A program made the translations under genes and the position numbers. A stretch of DNA of 64,000 bases from Lytechinus pictus (taxonomy: Eukaryota), in assembly GCF_037042905.1 (NCBI RefSeq), contig NC_087248.1, positions 17,298,001 to 17,362,000 of the forward strand, read 5' to 3'. Under the pieces are notes generated by a model that saw only the letters and a program-made list of their open reading frames with translations, was not told where the DNA came from and searched no databases. Of this stretch, positions 12,601 to 26,144 are shown in pieces (the stretch's first letter is position 1; each line of letters opens with the position of its first letter).

Positions 12601-15600
12601 CTAAACAACTTGTGGGTATACTAATGGGGAATTGGTGCCCATGAAACTTGTCATTTTAATGTTTTCTGAGGAATGATAACATTCATCATCATAACGGCTT
12701 AGCTCATACTCCCACGAGTGCCGTCAAAACCGAGTGATTAATATGCTTATCCTCGTGAGTAAATCATAATGCGCAAGCACAGATGCACAAGCAATTAATT
12801 ACGTTATCCATATTCATACATGACTTAGATATTAAAGTAATCAAGAACTATTAGGATAGCTACATTACTTTGTGGTCCTTAATAAATAATTTTCATTTAT
12901 TACTAAATGTTTATGACAGGTATAGGGAAAGAAACATATTTTAACGGGAACCTTTGGTTCTGTGCATACATACTTCATACAATATTGTAAGTGAGCGAAG
13001 TAGGAGCTACCGAGGTATCTACTAGGTTAGGTGTCATTGTTGAATCATTTTCATCTATACAGGTAATCGTTGATTTAAAATACCTTTTTCTTAAGCTTCC
13101 TATTTCTGTGGGAGAAAATTGAATTCAAAGAGAGAAAACTATGACACACACACAAAAAAAAAACAAACAAAAAAACACATATTGAAGGATATCTAATGTT
13201 TAACATATCCAACATGACCTTGCAATGCCGTTAAACAACTTATTGCACATGGGCCTATATAAATACAACCCTGTCACCCAAATGTCACATTTCGCGGTAT
13301 AGATTCCTAAAAATATTGATTTGATTTTCTCCTTGAGAAATCCTCTCTTTAAAATGAGGAGACATTCGAAGATTGCCTCCTACTTTTTGTTCTAATGCTG
13401 TGCGGCTAAGCATATGATTCATGGGACATTAGCAAAGAGATTGTGTCTCTTCGTTCATCATAGGCGAGAAATAGATGCATTCCCTTATATCCAGTCCCAT
13501 CCATAAATAATGACGTATGCTACCACGCCTCCACATCATGGTTGACAGGCCTGAAACTCAATTATCATTCGTGTCAAAAACTTCCTTATAATTATCAATG
13601 TAGGAGGTTTCCAACTTGCCTCAAGCCAAATAAGTTTATTTTCTAGCCATGAGGGAAGACAAGAGAGAGAGAGAGAGATTTATTAGTTAATTAGATGGCA
13701 TATAGAGGCGGCAAAATGTAGAAAGAACAATGGTATAAACAATGTGCATCATTTTAAAATCGTCTAACTCCTTATTTCTTAAATGCTATTAACTCTGTGA
13801 ATTAAAATACTACCACCGTTCATACTACTATTGTTGCAAGCTTTTGTGCAAAATAGGAATTGTCTGATCATTACAGACTAAGTGAGAAAGTGATATATTA
13901 AGCTACCCACGTTAGATTGTACCCCCATACTATTAAAACATCGTTTTGTATAGCAACTATTATGACCATGGCAACATGTAGAATCTGGTATAGAATTTTA
14001 TTGTTTTAATAAGATTTTAATTACTGATGTAACGTTTGGCTATAACATAGAATAGCATACAAATAAAAGTCGCATCTTCCAAAATAAAAGGACCTATACA
14101 ATCGGTCTAATAGTCTTATCTTGAGGTCATGAAATTAAAGACATCAAATCAAACGGAAAGTGTGCTTAAACGTTCAATGTGGAAGTTGACACAAACATCG
14201 CCATGACTGCAGTAAACAGAGCTTAACAAGCATGATCAATAACGATTTAAAAGTGAGACATTCTGTGTTATTGGCCCACCAGACTATCAGAATGAGTTTA
14301 AATTCTCGACAAAATGGCAGATTATCTTCTTGAGTGACACCAGTGATTGCATTACAGTGCGTTTATTTTAAAGCATGTTGGAATTACCGAGGCAATAAAA
14401 CCATTCCAAAGTCACGATTTTACCTTTAGTTTAGACAAAACAACAAACATTATCCGACTTTTCCTCGGGCTATCAATATTCTCTTACCGACGGACAACGA
14501 TACGTACACAGTTTGAATAAGTCTGATTGTGCGCCTTTTTGGCAATTTAAGTCCATTTTCCAGAGGAAATGACTTTATAAAGGTTATGCTAAATTGGTCG
14601 TCTCGCAGTAAATCGCAGCATGGTTTGGTGCATGTATAATGGCAAATAAATGTCTACTCATTAACCATTCCATTTAAAGTCATAAAGTATAGTAAACGTT
14701 AACATTATCTGGCGGGGATACTCAGACTGTAGTCATGGTAGTGGATAGTTGTTTTGGAATGGATGCACAAGGCTTAATGTTGATGAATTTACAGGTATAA
14801 AGTTGCCTGTTGAATTTATTCACAATTTTCTCCCAGATATCTAGGGAATTTCATTTTTAAAACTCTGTGGTTAATGATGACGTCAAGGGTTTTTGTTAAG
14901 AGGCTCCACACAACAAAAACCATGTTGTTAAAAGTGTTTGTCAAACTCCCAAGCGTGCTATTAAAACACATTTCGTTGTTTCTTTAACACTCTTTGGCGT
15001 TAGTTTAACACCTCAGGGTATGTCCTCGAAAGACACCAACTGATGACGATTTTAACACCGATTTTTGGCACTGCAATATATTTCCTTTGCAAAAATGTCC
15101 CATATAAATAGTATAGCTATGTGTTATCATTTATTTTTTTGAAGATTTCTGAATTTTCTTTTTAATCCGTTGTATATTCAACATTTTCTTTTGTTTCATT
15201 CTCAATAATAGGTCAATGAAAATCTAGGCGTTGTTTCATGACACTGTTCTGGTAGATTTTAGATTCATTTCGCAAATCTTGAAATTCAAGGAACTTGACT
15301 TATCCCGAAGATGGATGGACGCGATTAAAAAGACATTGAGAACGGTTGCTGTCGAAAGACGTATTTCCTGGTCAGAGATTACAGAAATGGTACCTCGGTT
15401 GCTGAATAATTTGCTTCTTCGGGACACCAAACTCTAGGTGTTTAATACCATGACGCTAAACTTAAAATGATTATCGTAGACGAACTATGAGCGCATGCTC
15501 TTAACAGGCGCAGTATCCCATCTATCTTCTTACATTAATAGATTATCAGATATATAGGCGTTAAATTTGTACGCCTCTAACGACAGTGTAAATATTTTGG

Positions 15601-17500
15601 GTTACGTTAAACCGGTGTTTCTTTAATTTCCACAGTGAATACAATGAAGATCAAGAAGAGGGTTGATATATTTTTGCAAGCTTAATTCGTGTTATCTAAG
15701 CCCGCATTAAACGCTGATTCTATTGCTAAAGGGCATTATCGTTGCAAAGCAAAGAGCATTGGGGGTATCATGGTGCAAAAAAATCTTTAAACGGGCATAA
15801 TCAGCTTAATAGCCATGTATATATCAACTTTGCAAAATATCCCCCTCGCTCTTTAGATAAATTAATCGTATTCTCCATCACCCTATCCATCTTTCCTGAG
15901 TTTTCTTTCTTGTTTATATAATTAATTTATTTATTTATTTCTTTATTCATTTACGCACACACATTCAAACAGGTTCACAAGATCGGAGATATAATTACTG
16001 TTTCACATCTTGGTCCTCGTATAAAAAAACATAGCAAAATGGTAATTACAATTATAAGGCGTAATTCGTATCAAAACAGGGTAAGATATAAAGAGATCTC
16101 AATGTAATACAACAAAAAAAACATAGAAATGTTATTAAAGGCCTTAGTCAAACGGAAAGTAAAAACATTAAATAGGCCTGTAATAAAAGCACTTACAGAG
16201 ATTGTATAGTGACTGCACTAAGAGTTCTGATTTTCTACTTCAAATTTAAACTAGAAAATATATACTATACAAGCACTGTAAGTCCTAAATTAGCACTTCA
16301 TTTTTTACAGTTACAACAGTTTTACATCAAGCAAGCCTGAATTATTTATTTGACAATTTGTTGTTCTAAATAATAATTCTGGTGAATCATAAATACTTTA
16401 GGATTGCTTCCCATCATTTTCCAGCGAAATTATATTTCTAAAACGAACTTATTTTAAGATAGTGTAGTCCTAATTGTACTTCATTGGTAGCATTCTGTAT
16501 AGATATTGCGCTAGATTTGAATTTATGCAGCCTTGATCTAATAAAGTAGAAGCAAGATCTGAATAGTAATCTGACAGCCTAAATAAGATTCAAGATCTAA
16601 ATAAAACAAGAATAGAAGATGGATCATTGCTTCCAAAGGCTCATCCTTGTCACCATGGTAACAGGTATTCTCATCACCTGTTAGAAGTCATCAGTATTCT
16701 CCCAATATTTTAATTTTCCTTCATATTCATCTCTTTAATAAGTGGCAAAATCCCCCTCTCCTTCTTTAGATTATGGGGCCTGCGGGCACAGCGCTTATTT
16801 ATCGGAGAATATGGATGGAGAAAAAATCGACGGCTTCGTGACGGATTGTCGTCCCTTATAGGAGTGAAATTAGCGAGATATTTTGATGCATTGGAACCAT
16901 TAACAAGTCATGGTGGTGTGCAGGTGAAGAAATACGTCTGCTGAGAGGTGTGTGCTGTGGGACCTGATGAATAATTGATGTCATGCTAAAACACTGGGTT
17001 TACGGTAACCATCGGCAGACACGCAAACAAGCGATTTACCTCCAGAAAACAAAATACAAAACAAAACAAAAGGAAATTGGATTTCATTCCTTCCTGTTGC
17101 TTGCGATTAGTGGCATAAATTTATGTTCAAGACCGTGATTTGTGTCATAAGTATAAGTATTAATTTTTTAGGCTTCCGTCTTCATGGTCATATCTGTCCT
17201 GAAGGAAATTGGATGATTAATCATTTTATTTAAAGAGAAATGGGTGTCTTTTGCTCTAAGTTATTATTTGAATTGGTAAAACTAAAAGAAAACAAATTTT
17301 CCTCTTTAACTTTTAGTATTGAAGCACCCCCCAAAAAAAAAATCGGGGGAGGGAGTGGGTCTACATGATCATAATTTTGATATACAAATAGTTTATCATT
17401 ATGGATGTTGATAGTGTGGCTAATATTATGATTTGTAGACCCTTTTCAGTTTTTTTTTGTAAATATTAATTTTTTTTACTGCAACGAAAATCAACCATAA

Positions 17501-17916
17501 AGGCGACCGCACACCTTACGACTGGTCTGCGACCCGATTTTGGAACAAATCGCATTTTGCTCATTTCCTGAAGATGTGAATGGAACATATCATTTTATTT
17601 GAGGTTAAAATTAATTGAAATAATAATATTATAACCATTTTGAAAGATTGCAAGCCCTTATTTTGGAGTAAAGTCCAAATTAGTTTCAAATCGTAGCCAA
17701 TCATACGACTGCTATGACGTCATTACGACTAGATATCAAATTCGCTTTTATTCTAAGAAGGATGATAGCATAGTCACAAATTTGATCATAGGTATTCGTA
17801 CGATGATTTAGAACATGACACAGTAAGATATTCCAATTCTTAATGTTAGCATCAAATTCTACTACATTTTATTCTAAAATCGGGTCGCAGACCAGTCGTA
17901 AGGTGTGCGGTCGCCT
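17501..17916. mobile_element. PIF/Harbinger-type MITE
   Basis: Perfect ~41-bp TIR AGGCGACCGCACACCTTACGACTGGTCTGCGACCCGATTTT and its reverse complement; TAA TSD on both sides. Confidence 0.9.
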
Positions 17917-18102
17917 TAACGAACTCATTCCAAACATACAATGTGATGAATGGATCGGACTATCTATGTAATTTCATCCACGAATCATCATTCAAACATT
18001 GATTGACTAACAGATATTGGTGATCTGTCCATAAACCGTATTATGTGATGCGTATTGTGACAAGTCGTGATCATTGAAGATGCCTATGATTGTGCAAACA
18101 AT

Positions 18103-18413
18103 GGCCCGTATTATGAAGTCGGGTTTAACTTAAACTCAGGTTTAAAGTTGTGGTTTAAGTATGGATAGCCAATTGTTACAGAAATCAATAACAATAGAGA
18201 TATTATATTTCAGCTCATTTGCCTCTCAAATCATTCATAATTGTCTAGGACGTATAAATAGATGATTGTCTTCACCATCGATGAAAAAGGAAAGAGCACA
18301 GTAAACATAAGAAACATACAACTTAATAAAAAATTTGACACTTTTGGCTGCCCATAATTTTAGCACAGAGTTAGACCATGGTCTAAGTTAAACCTGACTT
18401 CAGAATACGGGCC
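18103..18413. mobile_element. MITE, GGCCCGTATTCTGAA family (copy 1)
   Basis: TIR GGCCCGTATT(A/C)TGAAGTC(G/A)GGTTTAACTTA; related to 22442-22756 in the opposite orientation. Confidence 0.85.
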
Positions 18414-18804
18414 ATTGAGTTTAGCCTTCATGACGTAGCGAGGACGAGTAAGGAGGAAACGATATATATCTATAAATATAGAAAGAAAAAGTGCAGAATG
18501 TTAAACAAAATGAAACAGAGAGTGTGTGCATGAGAGAGAAATAGATATAGAGAAGGAGGGGGAGGGTCAAAGTACTACTACATTAAGCAAGCTAAATGAG
18601 TGCACAACACACTTTCCTGACAATCTTGTAAATTTGAATTAAAGAGTGTTTTTTTGTGTGGATCATTATTATCTGATAAACCATCATCTCAAAACCATGA
18701 CTGGTAAATAAATCTAGTCATTGGTGGGCTTCTAATAGTCATTTGCAATTTTGCTTGCTAGCTATTACCAGTCACGTGATACATTTCAGCCAATCATTTG
18801 AGTA

Positions 18805-19060
18805 CACTGTTAGAAAATTTATAATTAAAATAAAAGAAGTTCCTGCAGCAGAGTCTCGAGAACACCTGTAATCTTACCAGATTGCGTAATCTTACAGGAA
18901 ATTGGTATGGAACCTTGCAAAGTTCCTTGAATAAAACACCCTTTTCCCCTTTTTAAACAGACTTGTTGCAGAAGAATTCCTGTTTTGTGAATTTACAGAA
19001 TGATTATGTTATTGCTTTCTGCAAAATCTTCTTTTTTCTGTAAATCAGTTTTTTTGTGTG
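18805..19060. mobile_element. Possible CAC...GTG (CACTA/EnSpm-like) MITE
   Basis: TA|CACTGTTAGAAAA ... TTTTTTTGTGTG|TA with internal TAATCTTAC repeats; TIR match is weak. Confidence 0.35.
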
Positions 19061-21343
19061 TAGGTTCTATAACATTATTGTATATTTGGATATAACATAG
19101 AAGAACAATCACAGGGCGACAAAATGGCCGGTGGAAGCCTTCGTTGGGGATAAAAATCAAGGGGATATAGGTCTATCGTAACGATGATTTATTGTTTAAC
19201 ACTGAGGAGGTAGGTAAAAATCATTACGGCCAAGTGTTACTAATAAATCAGCCCAGCAGGGTCGTACAAAAATGACCTCACCATTGACCATCCACTGACC
19301 ATTCGAATAAATTCATTTGGACATTGCTATAGCATCAAACGTGATCAAAGAGATGGCGAGTCGCAGGTCAGTTGGAGACTCGGCGGCCATCGTTCACATA
19401 AACCGGAACACAACATGCACTCACATCAATTGATTGGGTTTTAAAGCGCGCCACATCCATCCATTTTCCCGCCACCATCATGCCCGCTCACGATTCCCCA
19501 AACACCCTCCCCTAATTCCCTCCTATTCCCCTGCATTCCGAGGGTCCGATTCGTCCTTGCCATTACGCATTTTTTTAATACAGAGATACTACTTTGCACG
19601 CGAGACTTTAATGTTGTAAATATGAATGTAATATATAAAACTCCCTATATTATTGTATATCTTCTGAAGATATGAACTTACTAACTAAGGAAGAGTGATA
19701 ATTGTAAATTATATCAGACATGTCATTTTTTTCATGGAATTTTGCACGTACATTGAAGGATTTATCTGTATTTCGTCTCGAGGGATTTTGAACGATGTGT
19801 AATATCAAATTAGACGATGATTATTTTGGATGTTATTATTTCACCAAATGTCTTATTAGCCGCATAATAGTGACCGAAATGGCAGTAAATTAAGATCTAT
19901 CAAAATATCACGTCATTCTTATTCATTCATATCCGATTTATCTTTGAAATTTCGTCAAAAAGCATCCTAAATCATATTAATTTTAATATAAAGAAGCCAT
20001 GTCTTTCGAATATAATTCCCAACACGAGGAAGGCGCCATGTTATAACGATAGTGAGAGGGCGAAAACGACCTCAATTGAATATCGAAATTATGTAGTTGC
20101 TGATATTCCTTTTCGCCCCTCTTTCCCCTTTTTCCCGCATCTTCAAGAACCCATAGCGACAAACACCCACCCCATGAAACCCTGCCTCCGTCCAGTACAC
20201 AAGATATTATTATAACCTCATGTATCACGAAGCTGGTCCTTCTTTAAGTGTTTCATGGTGAGAAACATTCAGGTGGATTGTCAGCTTTCTTGGGTAGCAT
20301 GATTAAGTATTACCAACTGCCAAATCACCTAGCTGTCGCGTGTTTTTTTTTCAGGGTACGTTTCCAAAAATGTTATCATGAACAAGTTCAAAATTACAAA
20401 TTTATAGTAAGCGAATCAATACATTTAATTATGTACCATTCCAATTGTCATTTGCTCCTTATAGTTTGAACGAGTATGATGTACCGGAGATTTTGTAACT
20501 AGGTCATTATGAGCTGCTTCGAACTGTATCAAGTTATACCTATACATGTACATTGCAGATTGGACAGGAAAACGCCCTAGGAAATAGAAAAGGGTCGTTC
20601 ATTAGCGTATAAACTTAATGCATTAGTACTTCTACCATGGGAATAGATATTAGCTAACAGGTGAGGTCCTACTTCCGACCTAGCTTTATGATCATTTTAC
20701 CACAAGCACTCGGTTTATCACTTGTAATATTTCTGTCAAAGAACCACGACTAAACATGAAAGATCACCGCGGAGAACAAGCATTCCTTGCAAAGCTTGAA
20801 GATCCAAGCAAAAGCGTGCGTCCGTCTTGCGGTGACCCCCTTTCCAATGACCCTGCTACACCCCACACCTCTTGGCGGTCATTTCTATCAGCGTGCGGCC
20901 GTCTGCTGACTGATTCAATCCCGACTCGTGTGGTTGGGATCCGATGAATAGTCTTCAACATCATCACAAGCGACAAATGATTAATCAGGACAATTGCACA
21001 CTCAAGATCTTTAACGTTTCTCTCTTTCAATTTTCACGGTTGTAATGAACTGTAGTTGAAAATGTGTTTTTTTTTATATTAGAATTACTTGACTGAATTA
21101 GAATGTGGAATTTATAATTTATATTCGAGTGCGACTTTTTGCACAGTAATAATTCACCTTATATGAGTGGACTACATGGGTAATTTGGTAGAAACTGGTT
21201 GTAAATTCATCTTACGGAATAATAGAAAAAACAGTTGACATAAAGGGACATATCGTTCAGGTATGAAATGGCACAAATGATATCTTGATCACGTTTCTCC
21301 TACACAGGCATGACTTGCGAACTGATTTGTAAGAGATGCAATG

Positions 21344-21650
21344 TAATTATAATAATATTCCGCATTTATATAACGCTTAACACATCGGAACGACGCCTCT
21401 AAGCGCTTTACAGATATATTATTACCCCGGTCATCGGATCGTTGCATGCCCGCATACAATGTATGCACCTTCTCCACTCCCTGGGGAGCATTCAAAAAAG
21501 AGTTCCAAGACTCAATTGCTAGGCATACTACATAGGATTACGCATCCTACCGGATACCCATTTAACACCTGGGTGGAGAGTGGCAAATTGTGGATTGACG
21601 CCTTGCCAAAGGACGCTGGGCCATGGTGGGATTCGAACACACGATCTTGC
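21344..21650 (-). mobile_element. tRNA-derived SINE, 5'-truncated
   Basis: Minus strand B box TGTTCGAATCCC, central CCACCCAGGTGTTAAATGGGTATCC, and a tail ...AAGCGCTTAGAGGCG...GCGTTATATAAATGCGGAATATTATTAT. Confidence 0.85.
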
Positions 21651-22441
21651 ACCTTCTTTAAATGAATTGATTCATCTTAAAGATGTCAGAATATTACCTA
21701 AGGGTACCTCACTATTTTTTATTGTGACATAATTATCCTCTTGTAAATTTCCCCCGAAATTATCATAAAGCGATGAAGTCTGGTTTTGCCCTCGGTTTAA
21801 TAAAAAAAGCCGTTTTGATAAGCGTAATGGGTCTGCAGTTTCCAATATGAAGGTTACACAGTCAAGGTCATATTTGTGGCGCCCCCAACCAAATTATGAG
21901 AAAACGGTTTCTTCTATTACCCTGATATTTTCAAAATAACCAGAAGACCATAGTTATCTAAACTCCCAGGACCAATAAATTGTATTTTTGACCAGCGGTT
22001 TGCGTCATTCGACGATATGAAATTGTATCTCGTCCAATTTTGCTGGGAAAAGAAAATGGACTTTAGTTACCCTGGGGATTTTAAATGTTATTTCCAAAAC
22101 GGCGACGTCCCCAGGTCTACCACGGGTAATTTCTTCATTTTTGTTAGTTTATAGACTCGATTTTGCCGGAATATAATACTGATATAGGATGGGGCAATGT
22201 CCATTTCATATCTTTCCGATTGTCGAGCAAGGACTAGCAATAAATAGCAATCAACATGATAAGATATAGTGGGGTTATCAAACTGCACCATATTTTTCTC
22301 TCTTTTTTTCTTCATAAACCTGATATCGAAAGATCGATCTATTGGTCTATTTTGTTGCGGAATCGCAAGTGCTTTGACAGTTTTGGCATCAAGTTATTGA
22401 TAATGAATGGCGTTCATCGTATTTAGTACAATATAGTCATA

Positions 22442-22756
22442 GGCCCGTATTCTGAATTCAGGTTTAAATTAGACCACGGTCTAACCCTGTGCTAAAATTA
22501 TGGGGAGCCGAAAATTAAAAAATTATGTTTATGTTGTATATATATATTTTTTTTAAACTATTTTGTTTCACTTTGCTTTCATAATGAGGAAAAATACCTC
22601 AGTTATCATTCCAAGACAAGTATGAACAGTTTGGGTGTCATATGAGTCATAATTTGGATGTGTACTGTTCGGGATTTGTGTCCCAATTGGATCTCCATTG
22701 TTAAACCACAACTTTAAACCAGGGTTTAATTTAAACCCGAGTTCAGAATACGGGCC
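22442..22756. mobile_element. MITE, GGCCCGTATTCTGAA family (copy 2)
   Basis: TIRs GGCCCGTATTCTGAATTCAGGTTTAAATTA / TAATTTAAACCCGAGTTCAGAATACGGGCC; ATA on both flanks. Confidence 0.85.
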
Positions 22757-22854
22757 ATATAAAAGTTTAATTAATAATTTTAATTCATGAAACTGGGAAG
22801 TTTAACTCTGATGAAATTAAGGCGTTTTGGTTTACCCTTATCCGCTCGACATCC

Positions 22855-23090
22855 ACACACTCAAACATGTGTGAACCAACACACCCTACCTATTCACCCG
22901 CCAACAATCATACGCATAAACCCAACACACACCCACATATGTGTGTGCGCACATACGCTACCTATTCACCCACCATCACACATACGCATAAACACAAATA
23001 CACATTCCTATCTCACACCCACCCTACGCACAAGTTTACAACACACTCACAACCCTATTGCACCATCTACCCCTAAAATCATGCACATAC
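22855..23090. repeat. CA-rich degenerate tandem repeat, ~72-bp unit
   Basis: CTACCTATTCACCC...CATACGCATAAAC occurs twice about 72 bp apart in AC-rich sequence. Confidence 0.6.
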
Positions 23091-24999
23091 AGTAGAACTA
23101 AATTACATGTTATTCATATTAGTCGTAGCCTGCAGATCTAGATACAGCGGACACGTTTTTAAAACAAACGAGAACTCTAATTAAAACTGAATCTTTCATT
23201 TTCAAATTGAATAGCCGAGTATCGCCCCGGGGATTTCGTTAACAATAGCTTGATCAAAGGCAGCGGTAGTGCGGGAAGAAAATAATTTAATATTTTGTTT
23301 TTAATGGTCAGTCTTCTTCGGTCGTTAATTGTTTTTATTGATTGCCTTTGTAAGTGTGAGAATTAAACCGTGTCATGTAAACACTACGAAGCACTCTTGT
23401 AAAGTAGATAATGAAATCAATAAAGTTTTGCTTCATTTGTTTAATTCTGCATGATATTACATCATTTCTTATGACACCATTTCAAAAATGGTGTTCCATT
23501 TTATCTATCGAAACGTCTTCCCTTTCCATTTCAATACCCTGTTTTCTTGGCCTAGTTCTAACCAAAAAAAATCAAATGATGTGGGTTGTGTATAGAGAAA
23601 CGTGGATAATAAACCTAACCACATGGCCGGGAATAAAAAAAAAGAATGTAAAAGTTTGCTGTCATATCGAAGAGTTCTTTGAATATAAAGCATACATGAT
23701 ATGGAAAGACATTTTTTTCTTCTTCATTTTTCGCGCATAGCCCATCATGGGCTGATGATGGTCCAACGAACCAGCTGTCTTCCAGTTATCTATATAGGGT
23801 TCAAGGTTCGAAACTATGTCCATTTGTAATTTATCTTGATAACAACCGATCATCATGTAAAAACTGCAGTAAATATTATCATGTTTAAGACAGGGAGTCG
23901 AAAAGAATGTGGACACTATGGCTATTTTCTTTAAATTGTTTGCTACTATTTTGCTTTTCGTTTTAAGCGGTTAACTGCGAATTGTATGAATTCCAGCCTC
24001 ATCCGAAAGACGAACTTGCAATGTCTGAATACCGATGTAAATCGCTTAAGGATATCAGTGCTGCAGAGTCGGTTATTCATATTTTTATGTAACTTCATAT
24101 CCTGCTCTCCTTATGCCAACATAAAAAGTAGCACATGTTTGGAGGGCATCTCCCAAATGGACTTCACAAATTTATATGACATATGTTAAGCCAATCCCAT
24201 CCTTTTCGATTGAGTCTCAGCTATTAAAGAGCCAAGAAGGCTGCGGCATGTTGGCCCGGAATTATGACAAGTAAATGTTTGGCCGAATATTTGACCTGGT
24301 TGATATTAACCCACTTTTCTTTTTCTTGTTCGTCTTGTTTCCCGGCGAAAATCCTCATGTCGGCTCGATGCCCGATTGGATTTAGGCTGAATACTCATTT
24401 TAGTATTATTCCAAACGGACCCTTTGTCTCATATACCGCTATAGAGTTTCCCCTCGTGCCGACATGGCTTAAACCATGTAAGTTTATATCTGTCCGTCTG
24501 TCTTCAAGTCCGATATTAAATTCATCTACGCCTTTTCAAACTTTCATCTCTTTCCAACTATTTCTTTCTGCTCTAGATTATTATCTCGTTCCCCCTCTCT
24601 ATGTAATATTCTTCTTATCCTGTCCTCTCATTCAGTATATCGTTCTCTATTGCGAATACCTACTTCCTAACTGTTACGATATGAGCTATCAAGAAATTGT
24701 GTCTACGCGCCTGTGCGTATTATAATATCTCTATATATCCATATGTAAAGGGAAAATAAGTTCATCTTTCTACTTCTGACTTCCTACCCCCCCCCCTCCC
24801 ACTTCATATCACTCCTCCCTTCTCTTGCACTCACTTTCTTTCCTTCTTTCTCCCTCTCTCTATCTCTCTCTCTCTCATACTGATTACCGTACTTCTTCTC
24901 CATCTCCTCTCTCATTTTTCTTCCATTTCTAAACACTTTTTTCTCCCACCCCTCTCTCTCCATCTGCTACTGTCTATTACTCTGTCTCCTTTCTTATCA

Positions 25000-25198
25000 C
25001 ACTGCAAAAAAAATCGGAGTTGATTTAACACCAGCCCGGAATCTATATATGTCCACACCAGAGAAGTTTTAAATAACACCAGTTTCGTTTGTTCTAACAC
25101 CAGAAAGGTGCTATACAACACCAATTAGTATTTAAACAGCATAGGTTTGATTCCAAACTGGTGTTTCAATACTTCTCTGCTGTGGAGTTTTTGCAGTG
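25000..25198. mobile_element. CACTG-ended (EnSpm/CACTA-like) MITE
   Basis: CACTGCAAAAA ... TTTTTGCAGTG with 2-bp CA flanks; internal AACACCA repeats. A degraded relative lies at about 14905-15075. Confidence 0.75.
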
Positions 25199-25792
25199 CA
25201 GTGTATATTTCTTTCTTTCAGTCCGATCCCTGTCTCTGCCCCACACCTCACTCTCTCTCTCTCTCTTTTCTTTTTCCTCTCACCTCCTCTCTCCCAAATG
25301 TATGTTCCCCATTCAGTCTTTCGTATACTCTAGTGTCCAATTCTTACTTCCTAGCTGTCAGTATGATGACTGAGATGCTATCAATACTTGACCCAAACCC
25401 CCATGCGGAAACTCGGAGTCATTATCACTCAAAATGATCGTCCATTCCACGCTATCACCTATAGGTGAACAGCACCTCATTCTCTCTAACTGAGAGAGAT
25501 TCAAAGAAAAATAGACACATAGGCACTACCATATGAGAGGACGATTTGAACACAGAAAGCATTGCACGTAAGATGCTTACAAAACATGATAAGATAAACA
25601 ATTGATGCCAAACTTGTAGAAAGTAGGGGGTAGGGAATATTGCAATAGATAGATGCACTGATAAGCAAATAGCTGGATGGATAGATATAAAGATAGATAG
25701 ATAGAAATATGACTGGATGGAAAGAAATAAAAAAGAAGTGATAGAATTAGACTAATAAATGGATAGGAAGATAGATGAAAGAATAATTAGAT

Positions 25793-25795
<3 letters not shown>

Positions 25796-25839
<44 letters not shown>
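25796..25839. repeat. (TA)n microsatellite
   Basis: Direct reading. Confidence 0.95.
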
Positions 25840-25842
<3 letters not shown>

Positions 25843-26066
25843 GTGTAAAGTTATACATGTACAACAGCTTTGGCAACTCTTTTTATTTTAAATATTGTAA
25901 AGAAATGAATGAAGAGAACAATGGTAGGCGTAGCTTAAATCAAGGTTCCCCAGAGCTATCTACCCTTTAGAAAAATCACCCGACAAAGGAAATTATAATT
26001 GGTAAAGTGTCGAAAATTTGTCTATCTGACGGTCAATCGGATCGGGGTCGCCCTAGCCACTAACCC

Positions 26067-26138
26067 GTCTCTGTGGTCTAGTGGTTAAGGCACCGGCGTT
26101 CAAAGCTGGGGGCCCGGGTTCGATTCCCGGCAGAGACA
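26067..26138 (+). tRNA. tRNA-like gene with UCA anticodon (opal-suppressor-like, tRNA-Glu-like body); probably transposon-borne, function unknown
   Basis: Acceptor GTCTCTG/CAGAGAC plus A; D arm GTCT-AGTGGTTA-AGGC; anticodon arm CCGGC-GTTCAAA-GCTGG (TCA at 26100-26102); 4-nt variable loop; T arm CCGGG-TTCGATT-CCCGG; T6 at 26139-26144. Confidence 0.75.
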
Positions 26139-26144
26139 TTTTTT
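26139..26144 (+). terminator. RNA polymerase III terminator (T6)
   Basis: Six T residues immediately follow the discriminator base of the tRNA-like gene. Confidence 0.65.

Noticed and set aside
24264-24477. ATG-initiated frame ending at a phase-1 GTAAGT donor as possible receptor exon 1
   Set aside because: The phase fits, but 71 residues is long for this exon, the signal peptide is unconvincing, and the junction would read LKPCGIF rather than the usual hydrophobic-x-I-G-G-I-F.
26067-26138. Selenocysteine tRNA
   Set aside because: It has a UCA anticodon but a canonical 7/5 fold, 4-bp D stem and 4-nt variable loop, not the 9/4 long-arm tRNA-Sec structure.
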